Part shown: one piece after another, positions 1-10,552 of the stretch
Numbering within the stretch: position 1 is the first letter of the stretch
How the letters are laid out: every line of letters starts with the position of its first letter
Assembly: GCA_038821645.1 (NCBI GenBank)
Contig: JAWBDT010000001.1
Location: 81,712 to 145,711 of the forward strand
Reading direction: 5' to 3'
DNA length: 64,000 bases
DNA from: Ignisphaera sp.
Lineage (GTDB): Archaea; Thermoproteota; Thermoprotei_A; Sulfolobales; Ignisphaeraceae
Program-made: the position numbers and the translations under genes
Notes under the pieces: generated by a model
Databases searched by the model: none
Told to the model about the DNA's origin: nothing
Seen by the model: only the letters and a program-made list of their open reading frames with translations

Positions 1-15
1 TTATAGCTAATATCT

Positions 16-966
16 TCATAAACTATCACCTAATGATTCTAAATCACTGGTACTAATTCTAGATCTAGAGATAAGCAGATTTAAGCCATCAACAGGTTCC
101 ATACGGAAAAGCTCTCTTCTATTAGCCTCAAGAAACATAGGCTCCATATTCATAAACTGTGCAGCTGTGGTGATTTGTTTACCTTTATTAATAGCTTCAG
201 ATAGAAGCTCAACTATTTTACTAGCATAGTCAAGTTCTCGACATATATGATGATCAAGTATAATGATATTTAACATATCTAGATTTATGAGATTCACAAG
301 AAGTTTTATCGAGTTCCTAAAACTGTGATCACTATATTTATAGCCTAAGAGATATGTTGGAGGTCCATCAACTATAGCTATACTGGCCCTTTTGCAGAAG
401 TCTATTAGGGATTTATGGTGATGTGTAGGTCCGCCTTCTATATCTGATGTATAGAGAAGAGCATTATCTCTATCCTCTATGCATATGCTGATGATGTAGC
501 CAAGCTTATTCTCTTCGCCATGAGGTAACGGAGGCGAGAAATTTATACGTGTTTTATCTAGCTCTATAGATCTTCCATCAGCTATAGATATGTTTCTAGC
601 TCTATCAGATACAATTTTAAGGAATAATGAGGCTCTAATCTTTTGAGAAACATTTATGTTGTTCATAGGGTCTTTCACATAGATAACCTTACCTCTATAG
701 AGGTCTGGATCCATGAACCGTCCAGGATCATGATGATCGTAGTGGTAATGTGTTATCACAATTATATCGCTATCTTTAACCAGCTTCTCTATCTCGTCGA
801 ATTTCTCTAGAAGTTTTCTAGCTTCGGAGATATGTGGTGGAAGACCAAATCTTCTTGGCGCTAAAGCTGCTGAAGGATCTATGAATATATTTGCTGAATA
901 GGTTTGAATGAACGTGGCTTGAGATCTAATGCCCATGCTCTCGAAAGCTATGAGCTCTACATCCAT
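16..966 (-). CDS. Metallo-beta-lactamase-fold hydrolase (UPF0282-like)
   Basis: THYHYDHH MBL motif; N-terminal FESMGIRS and DPSAALAPRRFGLPPH typical of archaeal UPF0282. Confidence 0.85.
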   Translation of the reverse strand: MDVELIAFESMGIRSQATFIQTYSANIFIDPSAALAPRRFGLPPHISEARKLLEKFDEIEKLVKDSDIIVITHYHYDHHDPGRFMDPDLYRGKVIYVKDPMNNINVSQKIRASLFLKIVSDRARNISIADGRSIELDKTRINFSPPLPHGEENKLGYIISICIEDRDNALLYTSDIEGGPTHHHKSLIDFCKRASIAIVDGPPTYLLGYKYSDHSFRNSIKLLVNLINLDMLNIIILDHHICRELDYASKIVELLSEAINKGKQITTAAQFMNMEPMFLEANRRELFRMEPVDGLNLLISRSRISTSDLESLGDSL

Positions 967-978
967 TGTATCAACCAG

Positions 979-1389
979 TTAACGGTCTTCTACAACGAAT
1001 GTAGATAATGTGTATGCTACATCTATCTCTCCACATCTTGCGTAAGAAGATATGCTGAGTATTCGTTCACCTCTACTTAGTATACAACTTTCAATCTCTA
1101 TATCGCTTAGTGTCTCGGGATGCTTTAAGAAATGTACGTTATGGTTAATGACTAGAAGTGCTTTATTACTCTGAAGAGATGTAGTTGCAAGAATTTCAGC
1201 TGTAGCTATAGTTAGCATTGATATTAATCCTCCAGGTATTTCTCCATGAGATGTAAGCACATCTGGATTAAGCTCAATCAACATCTTCATACAATTCCTT
1301 TTAACATCTCTTGAAGATTCACGTACAGCTATAGCGTTTCTTAAAGCTAACGGAATATTGTCCAAGACTTCAGTAGACAAAGTCTGCAC
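979..1389 (-). CDS. PaaI-like hotdog-fold thioesterase family protein
   Basis: HGEIPGGLIS resembles the HGG motif; NVHFLK strand; 136 aa; GTG start. Confidence 0.6.
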   Translation of the reverse strand: MQTLSTEVLDNIPLALRNAIAVRESSRDVKRNCMKMLIELNPDVLTSHGEIPGGLISMLTIATAEILATTSLQSNKALLVINHNVHFLKHPETLSDIEIESCILSRGERILSISSYARCGEIDVAYTLSTFVVEDR

Positions 1390-1397
1390 CTCTAAAT

Positions 1398-2162
1398 CTA
1401 TGTCTTGTTTATATTAATGAACTTTTCTAGAGTTAGATTAGATCTGCTCTTACCCACAAGTTCGTGGAGAGCTACAAACCTAAATCCTTCTCTATTCATT
1501 AACGCTAATGCTTCTTGAGTAATTTCAGGAGCAATTAGTATTCCCTCAACTTTGTTGTTCTGAGACAAATAGTATTCTACATATCTCTTGAGTTGAGCAA
1601 CGGCTGAAACCCCAGCTTTCTCGTTCTTAACTTCAACTACAACCATTGTGTCACCTTTCTTAATCAATATATCTATCTTACCGTAAGGTGTAGGTATATC
1701 TATGCCAACTATAGAGGCATCTTCAGTTAGAGTCAAAATTTGGGGGTTTGAAACAATCAATTTAATTAAATCTGATTCTCTTCCTACAATACTTAATTTT
1801 GTTGTTGAGAGTTTACATACCTTTATAAAGTCTATCTCTATGAACTCTATGAAAACTTCTTCATAAGGTTTATCTCTAGTAGATCTAAGCCTAAGTTTAT
1901 CTCCTATGCATTCGAAGTATGATGAAGATTTCGGTGGTTGCCAATTGAGTGGATCTACACGTGTCGATTCATGAACTAATAGAGATCCATCTGGTTTAAC
2001 TATAATCATACGGTTAGCGGGATACGCATATGAAGATGCTCTACCTATATACTCTATACTTGTTTGACCAACTATAATTATAACCCACTCTTTTTTATAT
2101 GTGTTAAGGATCTTAACTATAGTTGTGCAGCTAGATTCGTTGATATCGTTGCATATCTTCAT
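1398..2162 (-). CDS. nucS: Mismatch-specific endonuclease NucS/EndoMS
   Basis: YIGRASS, IVKPDGSLLVH, PLNWQPP, GKIDIL..VEVK, QLKRY motifs; ATG at 2162 overlaps the upstream TGA (ATGA). Confidence 0.93.
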   Translation of the reverse strand: MKICNDINESSCTTIVKILNTYKKEWVIIIVGQTSIEYIGRASSYAYPANRMIIVKPDGSLLVHESTRVDPLNWQPPKSSSYFECIGDKLRLRSTRDKPYEEVFIEFIEIDFIKVCKLSTTKLSIVGRESDLIKLIVSNPQILTLTEDASIVGIDIPTPYGKIDILIKKGDTMVVVEVKNEKAGVSAVAQLKRYVEYYLSQNNKVEGILIAPEITQEALALMNREGFRFVALHELVGKSRSNLTLEKFININKT

Positions 2163-3148
2163 GACGAAACACATAAATGTTTTCTCAAACCTTCTTCAAC
2201 AATCTTCTGGAGATTGTTAATGGTACAAGTCTTCCTTATGGTGAGGGATGCAGCTTCTTTATGTCCACCGAAAACACCTTTAAATCCACTATCTATGTGG
2301 TTCACTAGCTTGTCGCATGCTTCTAGAGCTTTCTTCTCTGTGGATCTAATAGTTATAACAAACTTGTCTTCTTCTTCTCTAATGAGTATTACGGATCTCT
2401 TAACTTTCTTCATGTACTCTGATGAAGCTATACCGAAGAGACCAGCAAAAATTAATGATTCTGGGAGAGTAAATGTAGCTATATCCCATCCACATAGATT
2501 CTTAGCCTTGATCTGTATCTTTTTTATCAACAAACTTAAGAGCCACTTAGCTTTCCAGTAGACTTCATCGAATTGCTGTATCTTCCAGAATTCTTCACCT
2601 TTCACTATACTATCTACTGAGCTATAGATGATTTTGTTATTTGTGGGTTCAACAGCTAAAACAAGTTTAACTTTATCAGCTACACTCCTAATGTATTCAT
2701 CTTCTGTAGACCCACCTTCACAGACATTAGCAATAGTAACAAGCATCTGTTCATAGTTGTTCAAATTTCTTAAAACAGATTGTGCAAGTACTTGAGGTGT
2801 TGACTGAAGTGTTGACCAATATATCTTGATATTACTCACAGTCTTCAACTCACTTAGTGCTTTTTCAGATGATTGATGGTGATCTATGATTATAATAGAT
2901 ATTCTTCTCTTAACAGCTTCAAGTAGTAGTGATAGATCATCGCTATTCAATGCTAGATCAACTAGAACAACGATATCTATATCTGGTTGTAATAGAACCT
3001 TCTTTAGATCTAGTGCTAGTCGCCATGGATGAGAATGTCTCAGTACCACTTGTCCTGGATATAAATCCCTCAAGAATCTTCTAATGTATAGTCCAGCAGA
3101 AATAACGCCATCGCAATCTCCGTGAAAGAGAACAGCACATTTTCTCAT
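2159..3148 (-). CDS. DHH family phosphoesterase with DHHA1 domain
   Basis: HGDCDG, LVDLA, IDHH and GGHKEAA motifs. Confidence 0.85.
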   Translation of the reverse strand: MRKCAVLFHGDCDGVISAGLYIRRFLRDLYPGQVVLRHSHPWRLALDLKKVLLQPDIDIVVLVDLALNSDDLSLLLEAVKRRISIIIIDHHQSSEKALSELKTVSNIKIYWSTLQSTPQVLAQSVLRNLNNYEQMLVTIANVCEGGSTEDEYIRSVADKVKLVLAVEPTNNKIIYSSVDSIVKGEEFWKIQQFDEVYWKAKWLLSLLIKKIQIKAKNLCGWDIATFTLPESLIFAGLFGIASSEYMKKVKRSVILIREEEDKFVITIRSTEKKALEACDKLVNHIDSGFKGVFGGHKEAASLTIRKTCTINNLQKIVEEGLRKHLCVSS

Positions 3149-3241
3149 GTTTCAGCACACTCTTACACAATACTTATTATGGCTCTAAAATTTATGTTAT
3201 TTGTAGAATCCGTAAAGCAAGAAGTAAAGGTCTATATACTT

Positions 3242-4294
3242 ATGACCCATAATGCTGTAGCTATCCATCAGAGAAATGATCAAGTTTTAGATATTCTACA
3301 TAAGCAGAAGTACCATATTGTGGGAAGCCATAGTGCTGTAAAGAAATGTTACTGGATCCATAAATCACTTACTGAAAAAATGTTCTGTTATAAAGCTAAA
3401 TTCTACGGTATAGAATCACATAGATGTATACAGTTTTCTCCAGCTGTGTTGTGGTGTTGGAATTACTGTTTACATTGTTGGAGATATAGACCTAGTTCAG
3501 ATCATGGATTTAAGTCAATAGAGGCTGTTGATGATCCTAGATTCATAGCAGAGATGGTAGTGAAAGAGCATAAGAGAACTGTGAGCGGCTATAAGAAGTA
3601 TCCTAACGTGGATAGGAAGATGTATGAAGAGTCTTTGAATCCAAGGCATGTAGCTATAAGCTTAACTGGTGAACCAACACTTTATCCAAGGCTTGGTGAG
3701 CTTATAGAAGAATTCCATAGAATGAATCTAACAACATTTCTAGTCACAAGAGGAATAAGGCCAGAGATACTTGCCAACTTGAGTAAAGAACCTACACAAC
3801 TCTATGTATCTCTAGAAGCATTTGATGAAGATAGCTATAGATACTTCAATAACCCTGTCTATCCAAATCTATGGAAGAGAACCCTCGAAACACTAGAAAT
3901 TTTGCCTAGTTTTTCATCTCCAACAGTTGTGAGACTAACATTAATTAGAAGCTTCAATATGAATCTTAAAGCAGTGAGTGAGTGGGTGAAGTTGCTTAAA
4001 ATAGCTGAGCCAACATTCATAGAGGTTAAAGCATATATGCATATAGGGACATCAATATTGAGATTGAGTAGAGATGATATGCCTAGCCATAGAGAGGTTA
4101 GAGAAATAGCTATAGAGATAGCTAATGGATTAGGATACAATATTGTTTCTGAAAGTGTTCCCAGTAGAGTGGTTCTTCTCTCAAGACTCGATAAACCTGT
4201 TATAAGATACGGTAATCCTCCTATAAGCTGGTATGATAAAGATCTACTGGATGAGTATTCGGGTGAATATGGGATTTTAGACGACTTCATTTAG
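3242..4294 (+). CDS. tyw1: 4-demethylwyosine synthase (radical SAM, Taw1/Tyw1)
   Basis: HSAVKKCYW, CYKAKFYGIESHRC, CWNYCLHCWR (CxxxCxxC), SLTGEPTLYP; start placed at ATG 3242. Confidence 0.93.
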   Translation: MTHNAVAIHQRNDQVLDILHKQKYHIVGSHSAVKKCYWIHKSLTEKMFCYKAKFYGIESHRCIQFSPAVLWCWNYCLHCWRYRPSSDHGFKSIEAVDDPRFIAEMVVKEHKRTVSGYKKYPNVDRKMYEESLNPRHVAISLTGEPTLYPRLGELIEEFHRMNLTTFLVTRGIRPEILANLSKEPTQLYVSLEAFDEDSYRYFNNPVYPNLWKRTLETLEILPSFSSPTVVRLTLIRSFNMNLKAVSEWVKLLKIAEPTFIEVKAYMHIGTSILRLSRDDMPSHREVREIAIEIANGLGYNIVSESVPSRVVLLSRLDKPVIRYGNPPISWYDKDLLDEYSGEYGILDDFI

Positions 4295-4379
4295 CGATAC
4301 AGCTATATATTGTGAAGCCATATAGCTAGCTATAGCAACCTAGAAAAATGATCTATAGATATTTGCTAGGGCTGAAGCT

Positions 4380-5378
4380 ATGTATGTATCTATAGGTAGG
4401 AGAGGCGCTATAGTGTTTCCATATAGAGTTTGTGTTGATGGTCATGAGGATGGCTGTTTATTCCGAGTTACAACACATATACATGCCGATCATATTGTGG
4501 ATCTCGATAAAAGTGCTATATACTGTAAACACGTTATTGCTACACCGATAACACTCGATATACTAAAGGTCATGGGGTACACTATACCTACGAATAAGGC
4601 TGTGGCGTTAAACTATGGACAGAGCATGAATATAGATCAAGATGGCTGGCTCAGGTTATCGATAGCTAAAGCAGATCATATACCTGGATCCGCTCAAGTG
4701 GTTCTAGATACTAAAGATGCTTGCATTGGTTATACAGGTGATTTTAGAGCACCAGGTATAAGAACAGAGATACTTAAGGATCTCGATATACTTGTTGTTG
4801 ATGCTACTTATGGGGATCCATCATATGTTAGAGAAAGCGAGGATGCCATTATGAATGAGTTTGTTAAGCTATTGAAAAAGCTTTTGACAGAAGGTCCTGT
4901 AGCTATATATGCTTATCATGGTAAGATAAATGATGTTATGTTGAAGCTTCGTCAATGGGGCATAGACGCTCCATACATTCTGTCATCTAGTCAGTGGAAC
5001 ATATACTGTGTACTCAATAGGTATGGCTATGGAACCTCAGATGTTTTTCATCAAGGATCGAGAGAAGCTGAAGAAATTATGAAGAGTGGATGGTATATAG
5101 AGTTTGCTTTAACCTCTAGATATAGTTTCCTTAGGAGAAGGAAAGGTATATCGCATGTACTTGTAACAGGTAGGTATGGTAAAACTGTTGCTAGATTGGG
5201 TGGTTCATGGGTAGTGGGTTTAAGTGGTCATGCTGATTTTAACGAGCTTGTATACTATGTTGATGAAGCTAGGCCTAGACTTCTTATTGTTGATGGATAT
5301 AGGAGCCAGTATGCTCATGTGTTTAGTTCTTATGTTAGAAATTCTTTAGGTATAGAGGCTATAGTTGAACCTTTTTAG
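4380..5378 (+). CDS. MBL-fold/beta-CASP-like nuclease (RNA-processing exonuclease family)
   Basis: THIHADH, HIPGS, YTGDF, DATYG, LSGHAD motifs. Confidence 0.8.
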   Translation: MYVSIGRRGAIVFPYRVCVDGHEDGCLFRVTTHIHADHIVDLDKSAIYCKHVIATPITLDILKVMGYTIPTNKAVALNYGQSMNIDQDGWLRLSIAKADHIPGSAQVVLDTKDACIGYTGDFRAPGIRTEILKDLDILVVDATYGDPSYVRESEDAIMNEFVKLLKKLLTEGPVAIYAYHGKINDVMLKLRQWGIDAPYILSSSQWNIYCVLNRYGYGTSDVFHQGSREAEEIMKSGWYIEFALTSRYSFLRRRKGISHVLVTGRYGKTVARLGGSWVVGLSGHADFNELVYYVDEARPRLLIVDGYRSQYAHVFSSYVRNSLGIEAIVEPF

Positions 5379-5468
5379 ATGGAAACACTTAATAACCCTT
5401 GCAAATGGGTAGAGTTATCTAGATTTATAAGAGGACAAGCTGTAGATTTACCTCAAGGTGTAAAACGT

Positions 5469-5795
5469 ATGGAGTATGTATATGCAACACTATTATTACA
5501 TTCAGCTAAAAAAGAGATTTCAGAAGATAGTCTAAGAAAAGTACTTGAAGCAGCAGGTATAGCTGTAGACGATATAAGGCTGAAATCTTTTGTTGCAGCA
5601 GTAAAAGAGATAAACATAGATGATGTGCTAAAAACATCTCTGGCTATGCCTGTAACACCAGTAGCAACAACATCTACAGCTACTCCGGTAGCTCAAGCTC
5701 CACAACCTTCTGCTGAAAAGAAGGAGGAAGAAGAGAAGAAGGAGGCTGTATCGGAAGAACAGCTAGCTGAAGGATTAGCAGCGCTTTTCGGTTAA
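5469..5795 (+). CDS. rpl12: 50S ribosomal stalk protein P1/L12
   Basis: MEYVYATLLLH start, Ala/Pro-rich hinge, acidic tail, GLAALFG end; AGGTG SD before ATG 5469. Confidence 0.95.
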   Translation: MEYVYATLLLHSAKKEISEDSLRKVLEAAGIAVDDIRLKSFVAAVKEINIDDVLKTSLAMPVTPVATTSTATPVAQAPQPSAEKKEEEEKKEAVSEEQLAEGLAALFG

Positions 5796-5870
5796 GTATA
5801 AGAATCGAAATCCAGATTAATAGAATAAAGTAGTTTTTACTAATTGTTATGGCTTTGTAAAGGTATAAGG

Positions 5871-8606
5871 ATGAGTAGAGTAGATGCATCGGTTTTCAGA
5901 GTAAGGCTCTTCAGTAGTAGAGGATATCTAAGACAGAAATGTAATTATTGTGGATCTTACTTCTGGAGTATTATAGAAAGAGATGACTGTGGAGATGTTC
6001 CTTGTACAGACTATACATTCCTAAACATCTCAAGTAAGAAGAGATTAAGCTATAAAGAGGTTAGGAACCTATTTCTAGAGTTTTTCAAGAAACGTGGTCA
6101 CGAAGTTGTTGAGCCCAAACCTGTTGTAGCTAGATGGAGAGAGGATCTGTATCTAACTATAGCAAGTATAGTTGTGTTTCAACCACATGTAACATCGGGT
6201 CTTGTACCTCCACCAGCCAATCCATTAGTTATTGCACAACCATGCATAAGGTTAGAAGATATAGATTCTGTAGGCTATACCTTTGGTAGACATTTAACGA
6301 ATTTCATAATGGGTGGTCATCATGCATTCAATTATAAAGATAAATTTGTTTATTGGACAGATGAAACAGTTGAGTATGCTTATGAATTCTTTGTTGAAGA
6401 ACTTGGTATACCAGAAGACGAAGTAACGCTCAAGGAATCGTGGTGGGAAGGAGGAGGTAATGCAGGTCCATGTTTTGAGGTATCCGTAGGAGGTCTAGAA
6501 CTTGCTACATTAGTCTTCATGATGTATAAAACAACTGGTGATAGTTATGAAGAGCTTCCTCTAAAGATTGTCGATACTGGATACGGTATAGAGAGAATAG
6601 CTTGGTTTCTACAGAAAACACCAACAGCTTTTCATGCAGTCTATGGAGAACTTTTGACAGAGTTCCATAAGGCTCTGTCTCTATCTGAACCAAAGAGAGA
6701 TATACTCATAGCAACTCTTCTGAATCTCTCGAAAATAAAGAGTGGATCTAGAGATACTCTATATATGCTTGTTTCCCAAAGACTTGGACTACCTGTAAGA
6801 GATGTTGAGGAACAGTTATCAAAGGTGTTTGATCTTTATGCAATTCTAGATCATACCAAAACTATAGCCCTTATGTTGTCAGATGGTATTGTTCCTTCAA
6901 ATAGTGGTGAAGGTTATCTAGCGAGATTAGTTATTAGAAGAACTCTGAGGAGATTGAATAGATTAAATAAAGAGATTAAACTAGCTGAACTTATAGCTAG
7001 ACAGCTAAGCTATTGGAGCGATATGTATCCAAATATGGCTAGAGTAAGAGACAGAGTTTTAGAGATGGTTGAACTAGAAGAAGAAAGATATAGAGGAGTA
7101 CTATCTAAAGTGTCAGCAATAGCGTCAAAATTTTCATCTAGAGTTCCAAGTATCGATGAATTGGTTGAAATATATGATTCACATGGAATACCTCCAGAGA
7201 TTCTTGCTGAAGAGATCGAGAAGAAGTATGGAAAAGAGATTGAGGTTCCAGAAAACTTCTATTCAGTAGTTGCATCTAGACATAGTAGACCAAAAATCTT
7301 GAAAGAAGTTGAAGAAGTTAAGTTACCAAAAGATGTTGTTGAATGGGCTTCAAGATATCCTTCAACAGAATCTCTATTCCACATTGATCAGTACATCAGA
7401 AGATTTAAAGCTAGAGTTCTAGGTGTTTATGAAAAGTATGTTGTTTTAGATAGAACTGCTTTTTATCCTGAGGGAGGAGGACAGCTTGGTGATAGAGGCT
7501 ATCTTTATATAGATGGAAAAGTGCTTAAGGTTCTAGATACCAAGAAAGTGGAGAATGTTGTTGTTCATGTTGTTGATTCAACTGAGGGACTGAATGAAGG
7601 TGTAGAAATTGAGGGAGAGATAGATTGGGTTACGAGGTACAGGAGAATGAGACATCATACAGCTACTCATATACTGTTAGGAGCCCTAAGGAGGGTCTTA
7701 GGAGATCATGTATGGCAAGCAGGTGCTGAAAAAACAGAACTAAAGGCTAGATTAGATGTAACTCACTACAAAATGCTTACAGATGAAGAAATAACTAAGA
7801 TTGAGGAACTAGCTAACAATATCATCGATAACGCTATGGATGTAAAGATACAGTTCTTACCTAAAAACGATGCTGAAAAGCTTTACGGTTTTACTCTATA
7901 CCAGGGAGGAGTACCTATGACACCAACAATAAGAGTTGTAGAGATACCTGGATGGGATGCTCAGGCATGTTTTGGTACACATGTTAAGAATACAAGTGAG
8001 GTAGGAGCAATAAAGATTGTGAATGTTGAAAAGATAGCTGACGGTATTATAAGATTTGAATATACTGTAGCAACAGTTGTACCTCTCTATGCTCATGATC
8101 TTGAGAACAAGCTTCAGAATATAGCTAAAGCTTTAAATGTATCGTCAGCAGAAGTAGATAAAAGGATTCCAAGTTTTGTGAAAGAGCTAAACGATATAAA
8201 GAATATGCTCAAAACATATAGATCTCTATACATAAATGAGACACTTAACGCAATAAAGAACAGACTAGAGTCTCTCGATAAAGTAAAGCTCTATATACAT
8301 CGGGTAGATGTAGAGGATAAAGAGCTACTAAAAGAGATAGCATTAAAAGCAATAGGACAGGAACCAGCGCTCCTCTTTATAGGACTTATACCACAGAACA
8401 ACAAAACATATATAGAGATATCTCTAGGAAGAGAAGCAGCACAAAAAGTAGATGCAAAACAACTAATAGAACAAATATCAAAAGAAATACCAATAAAAGC
8501 AGGAGGAAAAAGAGATCATATAACAGGGATAATAGATCTAGAGATAAACAGAACAGAAGAAATACTGAGAAACAGAATAAAACAGCACCTAGAGAAACAA
8601 AGCTAA
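5871..8606 (+). CDS. alaS: Alanine--tRNA ligase (archaeal type)
   Basis: N-terminal Zn motif, VVARWREDLYLTIASI, DTGYGIER, editing HHTATH and CFGTH. Confidence 0.97.
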   Translation: MSRVDASVFRVRLFSSRGYLRQKCNYCGSYFWSIIERDDCGDVPCTDYTFLNISSKKRLSYKEVRNLFLEFFKKRGHEVVEPKPVVARWREDLYLTIASIVVFQPHVTSGLVPPPANPLVIAQPCIRLEDIDSVGYTFGRHLTNFIMGGHHAFNYKDKFVYWTDETVEYAYEFFVEELGIPEDEVTLKESWWEGGGNAGPCFEVSVGGLELATLVFMMYKTTGDSYEELPLKIVDTGYGIERIAWFLQKTPTAFHAVYGELLTEFHKALSLSEPKRDILIATLLNLSKIKSGSRDTLYMLVSQRLGLPVRDVEEQLSKVFDLYAILDHTKTIALMLSDGIVPSNSGEGYLARLVIRRTLRRLNRLNKEIKLAELIARQLSYWSDMYPNMARVRDRVLEMVELEEERYRGVLSKVSAIASKFSSRVPSIDELVEIYDSHGIPPEILAEEIEKKYGKEIEVPENFYSVVASRHSRPKILKEVEEVKLPKDVVEWASRYPSTESLFHIDQYIRRFKARVLGVYEKYVVLDRTAFYPEGGGQLGDRGYLYIDGKVLKVLDTKKVENVVVHVVDSTEGLNEGVEIEGEIDWVTRYRRMRHHTATHILLGALRRVLGDHVWQAGAEKTELKARLDVTHYKMLTDEEITKIEELANNIIDNAMDVKIQFLPKNDAEKLYGFTLYQGGVPMTPTIRVVEIPGWDAQACFGTHVKNTSEVGAIKIVNVEKIADGIIRFEYTVATVVPLYAHDLENKLQNIAKALNVSSAEVDKRIPSFVKELNDIKNMLKTYRSLYINETLNAIKNRLESLDKVKLYIHRVDVEDKELLKEIALKAIGQEPALLFIGLIPQNNKTYIEISLGREAAQKVDAKQLIEQISKEIPIKAGGKRDHITGIIDLEINRTEEILRNRIKQHLEKQS

Positions 8607-8650
8607 AAAACCCCACCAAACAAATAAAACATACAGCCGCCACATAATAT

Positions 8651-8728
<78 letters not shown>

Positions 8729-9048
8729 CACAATTGAAATTCCTCAATTTTCTCTAGTTCAGATAACTCTGTATTCTTCTATAGTGTTTCTAGCTATTTA
8801 GGTACAGAATTCATCTTAGTAAAACTAATACCAAGATAATCAAGATGTTAAACCTAACCTCGATGGAAAGAGCTTCAGCATATCTACATCATTCACAATA
8901 AACAAATCCCTTAACTTTCTAGTGCTACTTCTATCAATGCTTCTTCGACAAGAAATATAGTCTAGTTTTATCCAAGACGCTTTCAAGAGAATCTCGTGAA
9001 GAGTAATGATATAGAGTTTATAGTCATAGATATTTAGTCTCATTATGT

Positions 9049-9732
9049 CTAGTGATCTAAGGGCTCTTTATCTAAGATCCATGCTATACCTCCTAAGATA
9101 TGTTTTTGAAACCATTCCTCTCTCCATCTCTTAGTTTGATGACCAAAAGCTGTATAAAATACTCTACCATCTCCATAGCTATGGCACCAAGATATGGGAT
9201 AGTCTGTAACATCTTTTGGTGAGAGAGATAAGTCTACAGAAGAAGTATCTAGGCTTATCAAGACCTTTGTTCTATTTCTGCCTATCCAGTTTCTAAAGAC
9301 ATATATTTCTTCATATGCTTTAAATCTCTTGGGTAAATGTTTTGATGCTGGATGATTAGGGTCTTCTACAATGAATACAGCTTCTTGTGTCCATGGATGT
9401 GAGTGAAAGTATCCTCCAATCATTTCACCATATCGAGGATAGCTGTATAGAGTATCTGTTGCATTATGTATACCGATGAATCCTCCACCACTTTCAACAA
9501 ATTCTATCAATAGGTTCTTCTGCTCTTCAGAAAAAGGTATATCACCTGACGTTAGAAAGAGAATAGCTTTTAAATTGCTTAATGTAGTGCTTGTGAATTC
9601 TTCTATATCTTCTGTAGCATAAACCTCAAAAAGATTTGTTTTCTCTCCTAATCTAGTTAAAACTTCTATAGCAGTAGTTATATAACTATGTCTATAACCA
9701 GCTGTATACGTAAAAACAAGTATCTTGTCCAA
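9049..9732 (-). CDS. ThuA-like (class I glutamine amidotransferase-like fold) protein
   Basis: TAGYRH, GGGFIGIHNATD, GGYFHSHP, GRVFYTAFGH motifs; TTG start. Confidence 0.8.
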   Translation of the reverse strand: MDKILVFTYTAGYRHSYITTAIEVLTRLGEKTNLFEVYATEDIEEFTSTTLSNLKAILFLTSGDIPFSEEQKNLLIEFVESGGGFIGIHNATDTLYSYPRYGEMIGGYFHSHPWTQEAVFIVEDPNHPASKHLPKRFKAYEEIYVFRNWIGRNRTKVLISLDTSSVDLSLSPKDVTDYPISWCHSYGDGRVFYTAFGHQTKRWREEWFQKHILGGIAWILDKEPLDH

Positions 9733-9736
9733 AGCT

Positions 9737-10468
9737 CTACTCCTGAATAAAGATCTTTACATCATCGAGACACAACTTCTTATATTGTTCTATACCACCT
9801 ATGTCGTACCATGTACCATGATACTCGTATGCAATAACATTGAACCCTTTATTCACCACCCATGGTATGAGGTCCCCCATAATATCAAACGATGTTCCTA
9901 GATGGTTCTCAGTATACTTCAACAATTGTGGTGTAATGGTTAGTATAGCCAGAGATACATACAGATTTATCCAAGGCTTCTCCTCAAATCCTATAACCCT
10001 ATCTTTATCAACTTTAGCAACACCTACAGGAACCTTGTATCTATTAGCTAAAACAATAACAACATCAGCTTTTCTCTCAATGTGTTTAACGATTAAGCTA
10101 GATACATCTATAGGAGCAATTATATCTCCATACCATACTAAAACTATATCTCCATCAAGAAACCCGTTCTTAAAGGCATTCAGTAATGCTCCACCCGTAC
10201 CTCTATAATTATCGTTATCTATACTGTACCTAATACTTACACCAAATCTAGATCCATCACCAAAATAGTTCCTTATCTGTTTCCATCTATATCCAACAAG
10301 AAGAACTATATCATTTATACCAAACTTCTTCAACCATTTAATAATATATTCAAGAACAGGTTTTTCCTCAATTCCTATAGGTATCATAGGTTTTGGGATA
10401 ACTTCTGTATAAGGTCTAAGCCTAGTTCCTTCTCCACCAGCAGGAATTGCTGCAACAACTTTAGTCAT
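9737..10468 (-). CDS. Sugar-phosphate nucleotidyltransferase
   Basis: AGGEGTRLRPYT..PKPM, GTGGAL, YGD, FEEKP, WYDIG. Confidence 0.9.
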   Translation of the reverse strand: MTKVVAAIPAGGEGTRLRPYTEVIPKPMIPIGIEEKPVLEYIIKWLKKFGINDIVLLVGYRWKQIRNYFGDGSRFGVSIRYSIDNDNYRGTGGALLNAFKNGFLDGDIVLVWYGDIIAPIDVSSLIVKHIERKADVVIVLANRYKVPVGVAKVDKDRVIGFEEKPWINLYVSLAILTITPQLLKYTENHLGTSFDIMGDLIPWVVNKGFNVIAYEYHGTWYDIGGIEQYKKLCLDDVKIFIQE

Positions 10469-10552
10469 TTAGATACCCGTGTAAGGTATCTAGAGAACAA
10501 ATATATATGGTTTTAGATTGAGTTAGATAGAAAAGCTATAGCTTCATGTAGT

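Noticed and set aside
8729-9048. Possible integrated element after tRNA-Arg, including ORF 8840-9043
   Set aside because: No integrase and no duplicated tRNA 3' end seen in the window; the ORF has no recognisable motif
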